This document shows positions 39,894-49,685 of a DNA stretch of 64,000 bases, one piece after another (the first letter of the stretch is position 1; the number at the start of each line of letters is the position of its first letter). Both the position numbers and the translations under genes were made by a program. The notes under the pieces are model-generated. The model searched no databases, was not told the DNA's origin, and was given only the letters and a program-made list of their open reading frames with translations. Source of the stretch: Leptonemataceae bacterium (lineage in GTDB: Bacteria; Spirochaetota; Leptospiria; Leptospirales; Leptonemataceae); contig OZ245742.1 in the NCBI GenBank assembly GCA_965227295.1, positions 352,001-416,000 of the forward strand, given 5' to 3'.

Positions 39894-40014
39894 GCGCCAG
39901 GGATGTGCAGGGTCGCGCGCAGCGCGAGTCCGGAGCGAAGCGGAGGACCGAAGCGAAAGCGGAGCCCGTAGCAGCCCGGTCGCCGCCGCTTCCGACGCGG
40001 CGGCGAGGCGCCCA
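39894..40014 (-). repeat. structured intergenic element, copy 2
   Basis: Reverse strand reads TGGGCGCC...GGGCTCCGC...ATCCCTGGCGC. Confidence 0.75.
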
Positions 40015-40039
40015 AAAGACAATTGCATGATCTTTTCTT

Positions 40040-40165
40040 TGGGCGTCTCCTGGCGGCCAGGCCCAGGCGGCCAGGACCGCGCATTCCGCGACTCCGCCTT
40101 CGGCTTCGGTCCTCCGGCTTCGCCTCCGGACTGCCGCTACGCGGCATCGCTCCAATCGCTGACGC
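40040..40165 (+). repeat. structured intergenic element, copy 3
   Basis: TGGGCGTC...GACTCCGC...ATCGCTGACGC; back-to-back with copy 2. Confidence 0.75.
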
Positions 40166-40183
40166 GAAGAATTGGAATTTCCC

Positions 40184-40450
40184 TCACCCGAACCGCTTCG
40201 CCGCGCGTGCCTTTGCCTTTGCGGCTTCTTCCTCGCGATTCTTCGGCGCGGCCTGGGTAACGAGGCCGGCCAGAAGTTTCCGCGCGGCCTCCGTGACTTC
40301 GTCCACGGCCTGCTCGAAGACGGCCTCATTCGCCTGTGATGGCGTGTTGAATCCGCTCAACTTGCGTACGAACTGCAACGCCGACGCGCGGATCTCTTCG
40401 TCCGTGGCGGGCGGTTCGAAGTTAAAGAGCAGTTTGATGTTCCGGCACAT
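40184..40450 (-). CDS. DUF2277 domain-containing protein
   Basis: MCRNIKLLFNFEPPATDEEIRASALQFVRKLSG. Confidence 0.93.
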   Translation of the reverse strand: MCRNIKLLFNFEPPATDEEIRASALQFVRKLSGFNTPSQANEAVFEQAVDEVTEAARKLLAGLVTQAAPKNREEEAAKAKARAAKRFG

Positions 40451-40451
40451 G

Positions 40452-40808
40452 CTACTTCTCCGACCACACCGCGAACTCGTTGCCGCCGGGTTCCGCAAAA
40501 TGAAAGCGGCGCCCGCCCGGAAACGAAAAGATCGCCTTCACGATCTTCGCCCCGGCGCCTTCGACTTTCGTGAGCGTGGCCTCCAGATCGTTACTATAGA
40601 AGACAACCAACGCGCTGCCTTTCCGCGTGTCCGCGGCCAGCTCGGCTTTAAAAAAACCGCCGTCCAGCCCGGACTCCGCGGCAAAGAACGCCGTGTACTC
40701 CGGGCCGTAGTCCGTGAACTTCCAGCCGAAAACGTTTTCGAAAAACGCCTTCGTCGCGGCGAGGTCCCGGGCGGGGAACTCTACGTAGTTGATGGCCTCG
40801 TGTTTCAT
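40452..40808 (-). CDS. VOC family protein
   Basis: INYVEFPARDL, DYGPEY, FPGGRRFHFAEPGGNEFAVWS. Confidence 0.93.
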   Translation of the reverse strand: MKHEAINYVEFPARDLAATKAFFENVFGWKFTDYGPEYTAFFAAESGLDGGFFKAELAADTRKGSALVVFYSNDLEATLTKVEGAGAKIVKAIFSFPGGRRFHFAEPGGNEFAVWSEK

Positions 40809-40809
40809 C

Positions 40810-42445
40810 TTAATCTACACTCTCCGGAAGTTTGCCGCTGCGCGCGATCTCCGAGTACAACCGCGCCGAATCCCGCACCCGGCGTGCCTGGGTCACGAAA
40901 TCCACCTCCACGAGACCGAAGCGCGCCGTGTAACCTTCGGCCCATTCGAAGTTATCCAGAAACGACCAGTGATAATAACCTTCCACGTTGACGCCCTCGT
41001 TCATGGCCCGGCGGACGGCGTTCAGGTGATCGACGATGTACCGGCCGCGAAAGGTGTCCGCCGCGTCCGCCGTGCCGTTTTCCGTAATGCGAATCGGCAG
41101 ACCGTAGCGGCTGTGCAGATCTTTCAGAATGCGATACAGGCCCTCCGGATAAATTTCCCAGCCGAGATCGTTCTTCGGCCCGCGCGGATTCGTTTCCACT
41201 TCGATGAACAGAGTCTGCGGTTTCCAGAGCTTGAACGACACCAGATCGCGCGTATAGTAGTTGAGTCCGAAGAAATCCCAGGCTCGGCCTTCGTGCAGTT
41301 GTTCGCCGGAACCGAGGGGCGGCAGCAGACGCCCGCTGTGAATGCAATCCGACACCAGGCGGTTCATGCGATAGTCCGCGGAGTTCGCACGGTCCACGTC
41401 CAGTCGGCGCGCGGCGTTTTTCGGATCGCTGATGCGCATATGCTTGGCGATGCTGACTTTCGGCGACTTCCAGTTACGGCGCGCGTGGGTTTCGTGGATC
41501 AGATCATACAAATAAAAATGCGCCATCACGAGCGATCGTTGCACGCGTATGGACGCCGCGTAGCCGGAAAGACCCGACTTCGCCGGCGGCCACTCGCCGT
41601 ACAGATAACTCAGGAACGCGTAGACGTTCGGCTCGTTGATGGTGATGTACTCGTCTACGATGTCGCCAAGCCCTTCGACAATGAAGCGCGCGTAGGCGTA
41701 GAACTCCGCCAGGTTCTCTTCGCGCTCGAAGCCGCCCTTTGCGAGCCACCACTGCGGCAACGTAAAGTGATGCAGCGTGAGCAGCGGGCGAATGCCCTTG
41801 CGCCGTAGCGACGCGATCATCTCTCGCACGTGATCCAGCGCCGCCGTGTCGAAGGGGGCGCCCTCTTCCGGCTGGAAACGCGACCAATCCACGCCGAAAC
41901 GATACGCGTTCAAACCCAGTTCGCGCATGATGCGATAGTCGTCTTCGTAACGATTCCAGTGGTCGCAGGCCGGATCGCAGGAGGAACCGTCGAGGATGCG
42001 GCCAGGCTGCGTGCAGAAGTGATACCAGTCCGACGCGCGATCGCCGCCGTCGATCTGCGTGGCCGAGGTGGCCGTGCCCCATAGAAAATCGATGGGGAAA
42101 CGCTTCGTCGTCGACGGGGCAGGCGAAGTTCGCGGCGCCGGACGGACGGGGACTCGCGCCGCGGGGGGAGCGCGGCGCCGGACGGACGGGGACTCGCGCC
42201 GCGGGGGGAGCGGTGCCGGCCGGTGATTCGGGTGCCGCGGGCGCCGCACTTTTTTTCGAACGTTTCGCCGGCGTTTTCTTCGAAGAAGTAGACGCGCGCT
42301 TTTTGGACGCCGTCTTTTTTGCGCTTTTCTTCGCGGTTTTCACTGACTTTGCCGCGCCGGTCTTTTTCGCTGTTTTCGCCGCGGACTTTTTCGCGGATTT
42401 CGTGGAAGATTTTTTGGCTGATTTTTTGGCCGCTTTCTTTGCCAT
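40810..42445 (-). pseudogene. glycoside hydrolase family 1 with Lys/Ala-rich N-terminal tail, frameshifted by a 40-bp tandem duplication
   Basis: FLWGTATSATQIDG, TINEP, ITENG and DNFEWAEG are intact; the MAKKAAKK N-terminus joins in frame if one copy of 42131-42210 is removed. Confidence 0.8.
42131..42210. repeat. exact 40-bp tandem duplication
   Basis: cgcggcgccggacggacggggactcgcgccgcggggggag at 42131-42170 and 42171-42210. Confidence 0.95.
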
Positions 42446-42476
42446 GGAGTACTGCTTTTTTCGAGCACCGCCAGAA

Positions 42477-43205
42477 ATGCAATCGCTTCGACATTTTGTA
42501 TCGCGTCTTCCCGCTCCCGCCCTCGCCGCCGGCCTGGCATTCTTCCTCGGCCTGAGCGGATTCGCCTCCCTGCCGGGCGAACCCTACGTGGTTCGCAAGA
42601 TTCCGCCGGACCGCGCCGCGTGCGAGAGACTCTACGAGCACCAGCTCAAACTCCTCCGCGAGGATCCGGACAATCCGTTCTACGCCTCGGTGAACCTGAA
42701 CATCGAAGCCCTGCAAAACGAGGCCAGCCGCGAGGCGGAAGTCAAGCATTGCATCGAACGCACGAGCATCGACAGCTATAACTGTCAGTTCAACGCGAAG
42801 TCCTTCGCGGAGTTGGTCCAGTGTCGCGGCAAGTTTCCGGACCGGCAAAACAACGAGGAGTCGAAACAGCCGGAAACGGACCAACCCACGGGCGTCGAGG
42901 TGGATCGCACGCCCGAAAAACAGAACGGCGGTGCTGAGACCATGCCCACGGGACGCTTCACTGTCAACGCAACGAACTGCGACCGCGCCTACGATCACAT
43001 GTACCGCGTCATCACGGCCAGCGCGAAGTTCAACGAACGCAAAGACCGCGAACGATTGCTGAAGTACTGGGAATCCGGCGAAGCGAAAAACAGCTTCCGG
43101 CAACGCTGCCTTTCCGACTTTCAGCCTTCCGATCTCGGCTGCCTCATCGCCACGAAAGATCCGGATGTATTGCAGGGATGCCTGCTGGTAATTCCACCCC
43201 GCTAA
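42477..43205 (+). CDS. secreted Cys-rich protein with two 4-Cys repeats
   Basis: Signal-like N-terminus; CERLYEH..C..C..C and CDRAYDH..C..C..C units. Confidence 0.75.
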   Translation: MQSLRHFVSRLPAPALAAGLAFFLGLSGFASLPGEPYVVRKIPPDRAACERLYEHQLKLLREDPDNPFYASVNLNIEALQNEASREAEVKHCIERTSIDSYNCQFNAKSFAELVQCRGKFPDRQNNEESKQPETDQPTGVEVDRTPEKQNGGAETMPTGRFTVNATNCDRAYDHMYRVITASAKFNERKDRERLLKYWESGEAKNSFRQRCLSDFQPSDLGCLIATKDPDVLQGCLLVIPPR

Positions 43206-43346
43206 AATTACATTTCGTAACACTTGTATTGTCGCCGGAGATGTTTCGTCTTCGGTGGCGCTGCGTCGCGCTCTTCTTTCAGAAAAAACGTCGCCGGTTC
43301 TGCGGAGGCCTCAGACCCTCGCACTGTTTTAGTCCCGGAGAGACGC

Positions 43347-44690
43347 ATGGAAAAACGCACACTCAACACAGCCCGGATGATTGCCTACGCCGCCGGCGGC
43401 GTCGCGATGAATCTTACCGATCTAATCATCTCTCAGTGGTTGCTGTTTCGTTATCTTCCCGAAAAGAGCGGGGACCCGTTGATTCAGGGCCTCGTATTCG
43501 GCGGCGTTACGTTAACCGCATCCGTGACGTTCAGTCTCTTCTTTTCTCTGGGACGCATCACCGACGCCATCACGGACCCCCTTGTCGGTTACTGGAGCGA
43601 TCACCTCGTTTCGAAACGCGGCCGGCGCATCCCGTTCATTCTCTACGGCGTCGGCCCGTTCGCCCTGGTGTTCTTCTTGATGTGGACGCCCCCCACCGAC
43701 GGCCCGAGCACCATCAACGCCATTTTCGTCTTTGTGCTGATCCAGGCCTACTTCGTTCTATATACGATTGTGATTGCTCCGTATCTCGCGTTGATTCCGG
43801 AGATTGTCTCCGAACCGAAACAACGCGTGAACCTCACGACGCTCCAGGCGGTCTTCGTTCTCGTAAGCACGCTCATGTTCGGCGCGAGCGGTTTGATCAT
43901 CAGCGTTTTCGGCTGGACCGTCATGGCCGCTTCGGTGGCCATTCTGGCGGCCGTGGCCCTGGTTCCGACTTTGCTGTTCATTCGCGAACCGGAGGCCCAC
44001 CGCCCCGTGGAACGCGAGCCGCTGCAGATCTTTCGCTGGATCGGCATGACCCTCAAGAATCCGGCGTTTTTGCCGGTGGCGCTGTCGACGTCGTCGTACT
44101 GGTTCGCCCTGAATACGCTGATCATGCTCGTGCCGTTCTGGGTGAAGGGTTATCTCGGCCTGGAAGAAGATGCGGCGACGATCGTGATGCTTCCGTTCCT
44201 CGGGACGAACCTGATCTTCTTCTTCGTTTTCAACTACGCCGCGAAACGTTTCGGCAAGTATCCCGCGTTCCTGGCCGTGTTTCTGGGCACGGCCGCGCTG
44301 GCCCCGCTCTTCTGGGTGGTCGGCGAGGGCATTCTGCCGGGCTCACCGCTCATGCAGACAGCAGTGGTCATGGGCCTGATCGGCATCCCCGCCGCCGGTT
44401 ACATGATGTTGCCCTTCGCCATCCTGGCCGACGTCATCGACTTCGACGAAACCCTCACCGGCAAGCGGCGCGAGGCGATCTTCTTCGGCACTCAGGCCAT
44501 CTTTCAAAAATCGGCCATTGCCCTGTCTATTGCGGTCTTCGGCGTTGTCGCCTACCTCGGCGGAGACGGGACTTCCGTAACCGCGTACGGACTAAAGTTA
44601 GAGGCGGGCATCGCCGGCGCCATGTGTCTGCTCGGGGCGGTACTGTTCTTGAGGTATCCGCTGCGGGAGAACGGCGCCGGGGAGGCCTAA
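43347..44690 (+). CDS. GPH (MelB-like) MFS transporter
   Basis: DAITDPLVGYWSD..RGRRIPF, PYLALIPE, ADVIDFDE..GKRREAIFFG. Confidence 0.93.
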   Translation: MEKRTLNTARMIAYAAGGVAMNLTDLIISQWLLFRYLPEKSGDPLIQGLVFGGVTLTASVTFSLFFSLGRITDAITDPLVGYWSDHLVSKRGRRIPFILYGVGPFALVFFLMWTPPTDGPSTINAIFVFVLIQAYFVLYTIVIAPYLALIPEIVSEPKQRVNLTTLQAVFVLVSTLMFGASGLIISVFGWTVMAASVAILAAVALVPTLLFIREPEAHRPVEREPLQIFRWIGMTLKNPAFLPVALSTSSYWFALNTLIMLVPFWVKGYLGLEEDAATIVMLPFLGTNLIFFFVFNYAAKRFGKYPAFLAVFLGTAALAPLFWVVGEGILPGSPLMQTAVVMGLIGIPAAGYMMLPFAILADVIDFDETLTGKRREAIFFGTQAIFQKSAIALSIAVFGVVAYLGGDGTSVTAYGLKLEAGIAGAMCLLGAVLFLRYPLRENGAGEA

Positions 44691-44775
44691 AAAAACCGGA
44701 ACGCCGTCTTAAAAATGATCGCACATTCACCGGAGGAAACGGAGGCTCGCTGAAAAAGTATTTCAGAGTGTCTCC

Positions 44776-46140
44776 ATGTCATCGCAGCTCACCTTCCCCC
44801 GCATGATCGCCTACGCCTCGGGCGGCGTGGCCATGAATCTCACGAACCTGGTCATTTCCCAGTGGCTGCTCATACGCTACGTCCCGGAGAAAGGCGGCGA
44901 TCCGCTCATCTCCGGCTTAGTATTCGGGGGGATGATCTTAACGGCGGCGGTGACGTTCGGCCTCTTCTTCGCGCTCGGTCGCATTACCGATGCCATCACC
45001 GATCCTCTGGTCGCTTACTGGAGCGATCATCTCGTTTCGAAACGGGGCCGGCGCATCCCCTTCGTGCTCTGGGGCACGCCGCCCTTTGCCATCGTCTTTT
45101 TCCTGATGTGGACGCCGCCCACGGCAGAGCCGTCGCTCACGAACGCGCTCTTCGTCTTTGTCCTCATCCAGGCATACTTCATTCTGTATACCATCGTCGT
45201 CGCGCCGTACCTGGCGCTCATTCCGGAGATCGTTGCCGACCCGAAGCGCCGCGTGAACCTGACGACGCTGCAGGCGATCTTTGTGATGATCGGCACGCTG
45301 CTCTTCGGTGCGAGCGGCGCCGTCATCGAAAACTTCGGCTGGACCGCCATGGCCGCGGGGGTGGCGATACTGAGCACGCTGACGTTGCTGCCCACGGTTC
45401 TGTTCATTCGCGAGCCGGAGTACACGCCGCCGCCGGAGGATCAACGGGAGCCGCTGCAAGTATGGCGCTGGATCAAACTTACGCTTGAGAACCCGGCCTT
45501 TCTTCCGGTGGCGCTGTCCACGTCGTGCTACTGGTTCGCTCTGAACACGATCATCGTTCTGATTCCGTACTGGGTCGAAGGCCATCTCGGCCTGGGCAAA
45601 GACTCGGCCACGGTGGTGATGCTTCCGTTCCTGGGCATCAACCTGGTATTCTTTTTCGTTTTCAACGTTCTCGCAAAACGACTCGGCAAGTACGCGGCGT
45701 TCATGGTCGTATTGATCGGCACGGGAGTGTGCGCGCCGCTGTTCTGGCTGGTGGGCGCGGGAGTGTTGCCGGGCTCTCCGCTCGTGCAAACGGCGCTGGC
45801 CATGGGCCTGATCGGCATTCCGTCGGCGGGTTTTATGATGCTCCCCTTCGCGATTCTTTCGGACGTGGCGGACTACGACGAAACCTTGACCGGCCGACGC
45901 CGCGAGGCGATCTTCTTCGGCACCCAGGCCATCTTTCAAAAATCGGCGATTGCGCTGAGCATTCCGGTGTTCGGCGCCCTGGCTTATTACGGCGGCGACG
46001 GAAGCGCCGTAACCGAAGGCGGCCTGAAGTTAGCGGCAAGCCTGGCCGGCGCGGCAAGTCTTTTGGGCGCGGTTACGTTCCGGAGGTATCCGTTGCGGGA
46101 GAGCGACGGCGGTGTGGTGGTGCGGGATTACGATAAATAG
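44776..46140 (+). CDS. GPH (MelB-like) MFS transporter, tandem paralog
   Basis: Same motifs; collinear and highly similar to 43347-44690. Confidence 0.93.
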   Translation: MSSQLTFPRMIAYASGGVAMNLTNLVISQWLLIRYVPEKGGDPLISGLVFGGMILTAAVTFGLFFALGRITDAITDPLVAYWSDHLVSKRGRRIPFVLWGTPPFAIVFFLMWTPPTAEPSLTNALFVFVLIQAYFILYTIVVAPYLALIPEIVADPKRRVNLTTLQAIFVMIGTLLFGASGAVIENFGWTAMAAGVAILSTLTLLPTVLFIREPEYTPPPEDQREPLQVWRWIKLTLENPAFLPVALSTSCYWFALNTIIVLIPYWVEGHLGLGKDSATVVMLPFLGINLVFFFVFNVLAKRLGKYAAFMVVLIGTGVCAPLFWLVGAGVLPGSPLVQTALAMGLIGIPSAGFMMLPFAILSDVADYDETLTGRRREAIFFGTQAIFQKSAIALSIPVFGALAYYGGDGSAVTEGGLKLAASLAGAASLLGAVTFRRYPLRESDGGVVVRDYDK

Positions 46141-46142
46141 CA

Positions 46143-46682
46143 TCAGTTAGCGAGGGCCGCGACCGTGCTGAATTCACAACACAAGAACGCCCTCGTACTG
46201 TTGCAGAGAAAAGACGTCGGTCCGGTCGTGGTATTGAAAGCCGAGCCCGCGAGCACTGCACTGACGCTGGTCCAGCCGTTGCACTCCACCAGGCCGTTCG
46301 TCTGAGCTCCGACGTTGCCGGAAGAACCAAATCCTCCGATCCAGTACTCCCCGGAAGGGATCTTACCGAACTGCGCGTTCAGAACAACCTCGTTTGCCGT
46401 ACAAAGATGGGCCGTACTGCTGCCGGCACAGGCCGTCTGGCAAAGGCTGCGAACCGTCTCATAGCCGCCGGCACCACCGGAGAAACTGGCCGTCGATCCG
46501 CAAACGACTCCCGCCGTCAGGGACTGGGTGGCGGTCGATGTCGTGCTCTGAGCGACATAGCTCAGGAGACTCAAAGATGTCGCCAGAGGAACGGCCGGGT
46601 CCCGGTCAGTCTCCAGGTTGCAGCCGACGTTCAGCGTCAGGGCCACGGCGATTAAAAATGTCCAGCGGATGCTTGCTCTCAT
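46143..46682 (-). CDS. Cys-rich lipoprotein (DUF1554/endostatin-like or lectin-like domain)
   Basis: Lipobox LNVGC; CQTAC..AHLC..E, YWIG, CNGWTS, CNSTRAFLCC; GAGGT RBS. Confidence 0.7.
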   Translation of the reverse strand: MRASIRWTFLIAVALTLNVGCNLETDRDPAVPLATSLSLLSYVAQSTTSTATQSLTAGVVCGSTASFSGGAGGYETVRSLCQTACAGSSTAHLCTANEVVLNAQFGKIPSGEYWIGGFGSSGNVGAQTNGLVECNGWTSVSAVLAGSAFNTTTGPTSFLCNSTRAFLCCEFSTVAALAN

Positions 46683-46690
46683 AAAACCTC

Positions 46691-47590
46691 TTAGAAACCG
46701 AATCTAAATTCCAATAGATGCCTGCTCTCACTGACGAAAGGGTCGAAATCCGTCCGGAGTGTGGTACGCCAGGCATCGTCCCCGTCCCCCGCGGCAGTGT
46801 CGCTCATCGATCCCCCACCCACCAATCCGGCATCAATGATGTTCCAGACGTAGATGATACCCAGCAGGTACGATACGTTCTGCCTGTTTCGGCTGGCATT
46901 CAACCGGCGTACAAATTGATCTTCCTGTTCGACGAAAGCGAAGGCAGTCAGCGCGGGGGAAACTGCGAATGGTGCAAGAAGGCTCAATCGATGGACTGCC
47001 TCACGATAATCCCGGTCGGCCGAACGCACCTGCCGATCCGTGACGTAGAGGAGAGCAACGCTCAACAAAAAGCCGCCGCCGAATACGCCGGCGCGGGTGC
47101 CCGATTCTTTGTAGTACTGGCCCCAGCCCGGCACAAGCGCACTACGCCATGCCGGACCGAACTGAAACGATCCCGGGTCGTAGACCCATTCCGTTCTGTT
47201 GGCTTCCGTCTCTCTGCCGGCCTGACGGGCTGAATCCCGGGCGACCCTTCGCTCGCGCAATTCTTGCTGCTCGGCGAGGGTCATAATGCGCGCCAGGGTT
47301 TCGTCGATACGATCGGCCGACGCGGTCAACGTCTTCACGGCTTCCAGGCGCTCTTCATTCGTCGCGTACTCGTAAAGGACTTCACGAACGCCGGATCGGG
47401 GCAGCTTGCGAACACCGGATCGTGTACGGATGCTGATGGAAAGCCCGTCTTCGCTGATGATCTGTCCGTCGTAGACAACATCATCCTTCATCAGGATGAC
47501 GTCTGCCCTCAGGCCTGTCCTCGGCGACACTGCGGCCAGGACCATCGCCGTCACCACGAGAGTCGCGGGCCCCGTGAATCCGACCTTCAT
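46691..47590 (-). CDS. envelope protein with LA_0442-like N-terminal domain and DUF5683-like region
   Basis: Signal peptide; DVILMKDDVVYDGQII..ISIRT; coiled coil; AWRSALVPGWGQYY; ends FRFGF. Confidence 0.7.
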   Translation of the reverse strand: MKVGFTGPATLVVTAMVLAAVSPRTGLRADVILMKDDVVYDGQIISEDGLSISIRTRSGVRKLPRSGVREVLYEYATNEERLEAVKTLTASADRIDETLARIMTLAEQQELRERRVARDSARQAGRETEANRTEWVYDPGSFQFGPAWRSALVPGWGQYYKESGTRAGVFGGGFLLSVALLYVTDRQVRSADRDYREAVHRLSLLAPFAVSPALTAFAFVEQEDQFVRRLNASRNRQNVSYLLGIIYVWNIIDAGLVGGGSMSDTAAGDGDDAWRTTLRTDFDPFVSESRHLLEFRFGF

Positions 47591-48564
47591 TCTTCCAGTA
47601 CCTTTGTTCTGAGAATGTCTCGCTTATCGAGAGTGATTCGCCGACCGCTTCTCGTCTCAATCGTCAACGTCGCCCCGTCCCCCTGAATGACACGGCCGAC
47701 TTCCCGGCTCCCGTCCCGGAGTTCGAAGCTCTGCCAGATCATCAGCGTCGCGCTGTCCGACAATCGCCGGGCTTCCGGGCTGCCGGCCGGAACCAGTTTC
47801 CGTCCCCGCAGAGCAGCGGCGTCGAAGGCGACCTGAGCCGGCGCGGAAAAAGAAGCACGCCTCGTTCGACCGTCCGGCAATCGATGCAGAAAATCGACGG
47901 AGCCTTCATGCAGGGTGAAGCTGCCGTAGCCGGGCCGGTAGTCCACGCTGAAGTTCGTCCCCGTGACACGCAGGTCCCCCAGGGTATGGATAAGTCGAAT
48001 ATCCACGGGAGCATGGAAGTGCAGATCCGCCAGGAAATACGGAGTCACAATGTCTACGGCCCCCGGCGATCGGTCGGACCCAACAATCACGCCGATACCG
48101 CGATGCATTTGAATCGAGCCGGCCGCCCCTTCCATAAGGGTCGGCCCGAAGATCGTCTCGTAGCCCCGGACCGGGCGGAGAGGCAGCACCGGACTCACGG
48201 TGGTCAGCACACGATCGTCCTGGATGAGTGCCGGAAGCCCCAGCCAGAGCGTGACGCTGACGAGAGCGGCAGCCGCAAGGCCCAGCAAAGGGCCACGAAG
48301 AAAAACACGCGAAGCCGGCAAACCCGTCGCGCTCCGTTCCCGGCGCCCGGCCAGGACACTCAAGGCCTCACCTGGAGGAAAGATCCCCAGGCGTTGATGA
48401 AAGCGAAACTCACGCCAGGCGACCTCCATGAGGCGCTCGACTTCGTCGTCGCTGTTCGCGCGCCCGGCACCGGCGGGAGAAACCTCCAGGTGCTGCAGAA
48501 GTCGAATGCGCTCCCGGCGGGACAGGTTCCGCAGCCTGCGTATATCCTCCGATTCGATTTTCAT
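47587..48564 (-). CDS. FecR domain-containing anti-sigma factor
   Basis: Single TM followed by LRVTGTNFSV..FTLHEGSVDF FecR core; ATGA overlap with the sigma gene. Confidence 0.8.
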   Translation of the reverse strand: MKIESEDIRRLRNLSRRERIRLLQHLEVSPAGAGRANSDDEVERLMEVAWREFRFHQRLGIFPPGEALSVLAGRRERSATGLPASRVFLRGPLLGLAAAALVSVTLWLGLPALIQDDRVLTTVSPVLPLRPVRGYETIFGPTLMEGAAGSIQMHRGIGVIVGSDRSPGAVDIVTPYFLADLHFHAPVDIRLIHTLGDLRVTGTNFSVDYRPGYGSFTLHEGSVDFLHRLPDGRTRRASFSAPAQVAFDAAALRGRKLVPAGSPEARRLSDSATLMIWQSFELRDGSREVGRVIQGDGATLTIETRSGRRITLDKRDILRTKVLEE

Positions 48565-49106
48565 TCACCGAAATCCTCGAGATAATTCGAAAACACTTCT
48601 TCGATTTTCGTCAGGGCGCGCTTCATGCGGGTATGCGCATTCGTAACCGATATATCGAGCATTTCGGAGATCGTTTTGTAGTCGTATCCTTGAATGCGTA
48701 GCTTCACGACGATCGCGTAATGTTCGGGGAGTTTTTGCAGCAGGCGATAGAATTCCGCGCGCCGCTCCTCAACCAGGAGCAGCGTCTCGGGATCGGGACG
48801 CGCGTCGCGTGGATCCACCGCGTCTACGTCGGCCTGTCGAAAGATTCCCTGTTGCGCATAGCGGCGCTTCTCATAGCCGCTCTTGTTTCTGAGTATGTCG
48901 TAAAGCCACGAGCGAGGACGACCTCGATCAATGTACTCGTCGAATCGCTCCCACGCGATTTCGAAGCATCGGTCCAGAATGTCTCGCAGATGATCGAAGG
49001 GAAAGCGCAGAGATCTCAGGAAGTTGTACGCGGAATCGTAAGAGTCCTCGTAAAAGCGAGAGAACTCATGCAACCGCTCTTTGTTTGAATGTGATCCCTC
49101 CTTCAT
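48561..49106 (-). CDS. ECF RNA polymerase sigma factor
   Basis: RSWLYDILRN (region 2); LQKLPEHY..GYDYKTISEMLDISVTNAHTRMKRA (region 4). Confidence 0.88.
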   Translation of the reverse strand: MKEGSHSNKERLHEFSRFYEDSYDSAYNFLRSLRFPFDHLRDILDRCFEIAWERFDEYIDRGRPRSWLYDILRNKSGYEKRRYAQQGIFRQADVDAVDPRDARPDPETLLLVEERRAEFYRLLQKLPEHYAIVVKLRIQGYDYKTISEMLDISVTNAHTRMKRALTKIEEVFSNYLEDFGE

Positions 49107-49285
49107 TCAAACTGAGCTTTATTCGTCCGAATCATTTCGGGTCAAGAACTTTCGCAAGCCGGTATCCCCGGGCATTTTTTCCGGGCCGGATTTTTTTTCT
49201 GCGAAGCGCCAGATTTCTCCTCACCCGACCATATATGTCTACCAGAGGCCGCTGCGTGCGGCAACTAAGATTTCAGGAGAATCAT

Positions 49286-49663
49286 ATGAAAACTAAACTA
49301 TTCGCCGTTTTGGTCGTAGTCGCCGGACTTACCGGAGCACTGCATGCCGGCAACACCGACGTGTCTTTCTGGCAGGCGGGAAAGACCGGCATTGCTCTCA
49401 CACACCTGGGCTCCGGCAGTCAAACGTGTTCCATTTTCTATTACGACACGCTCGGATCCCTCGTCGGTACGGACTCGGTTACCCTGAGCGCACCGCGGGC
49501 GTCTCTCTGGCGTACCCCGGCGAACGCTTCGCCTTCGGTAACCTCCGGCTGGGGCAGCGCACGCATCGAGTGTCCCTCCGCCGCGATTGCCCACAGCTAC
49601 TACTACGACGGCAGCGGGCAACACGGAGAGGCTATCGTCATCAACGGCGGGAATCCGTTCTGA
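49286..49663 (+). CDS. small secreted beta-rich protein
   Basis: AGGAG RBS; signal peptide ending ALHA; two Cys. Confidence 0.75.
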   Translation: MKTKLFAVLVVVAGLTGALHAGNTDVSFWQAGKTGIALTHLGSGSQTCSIFYYDTLGSLVGTDSVTLSAPRASLWRTPANASPSVTSGWGSARIECPSAAIAHSYYYDGSGQHGEAIVINGGNPF

Positions 49664-49685
49664 TTCCGCACGGCAAGGTGTCCGT

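Noticed and set aside
37061-40165. CRISPR array or tRNAs among the hairpin-rich repeats
   Set aside because: No regularly spaced identical repeats, no cas genes, and no cloverleaf with TTC/CCA features.
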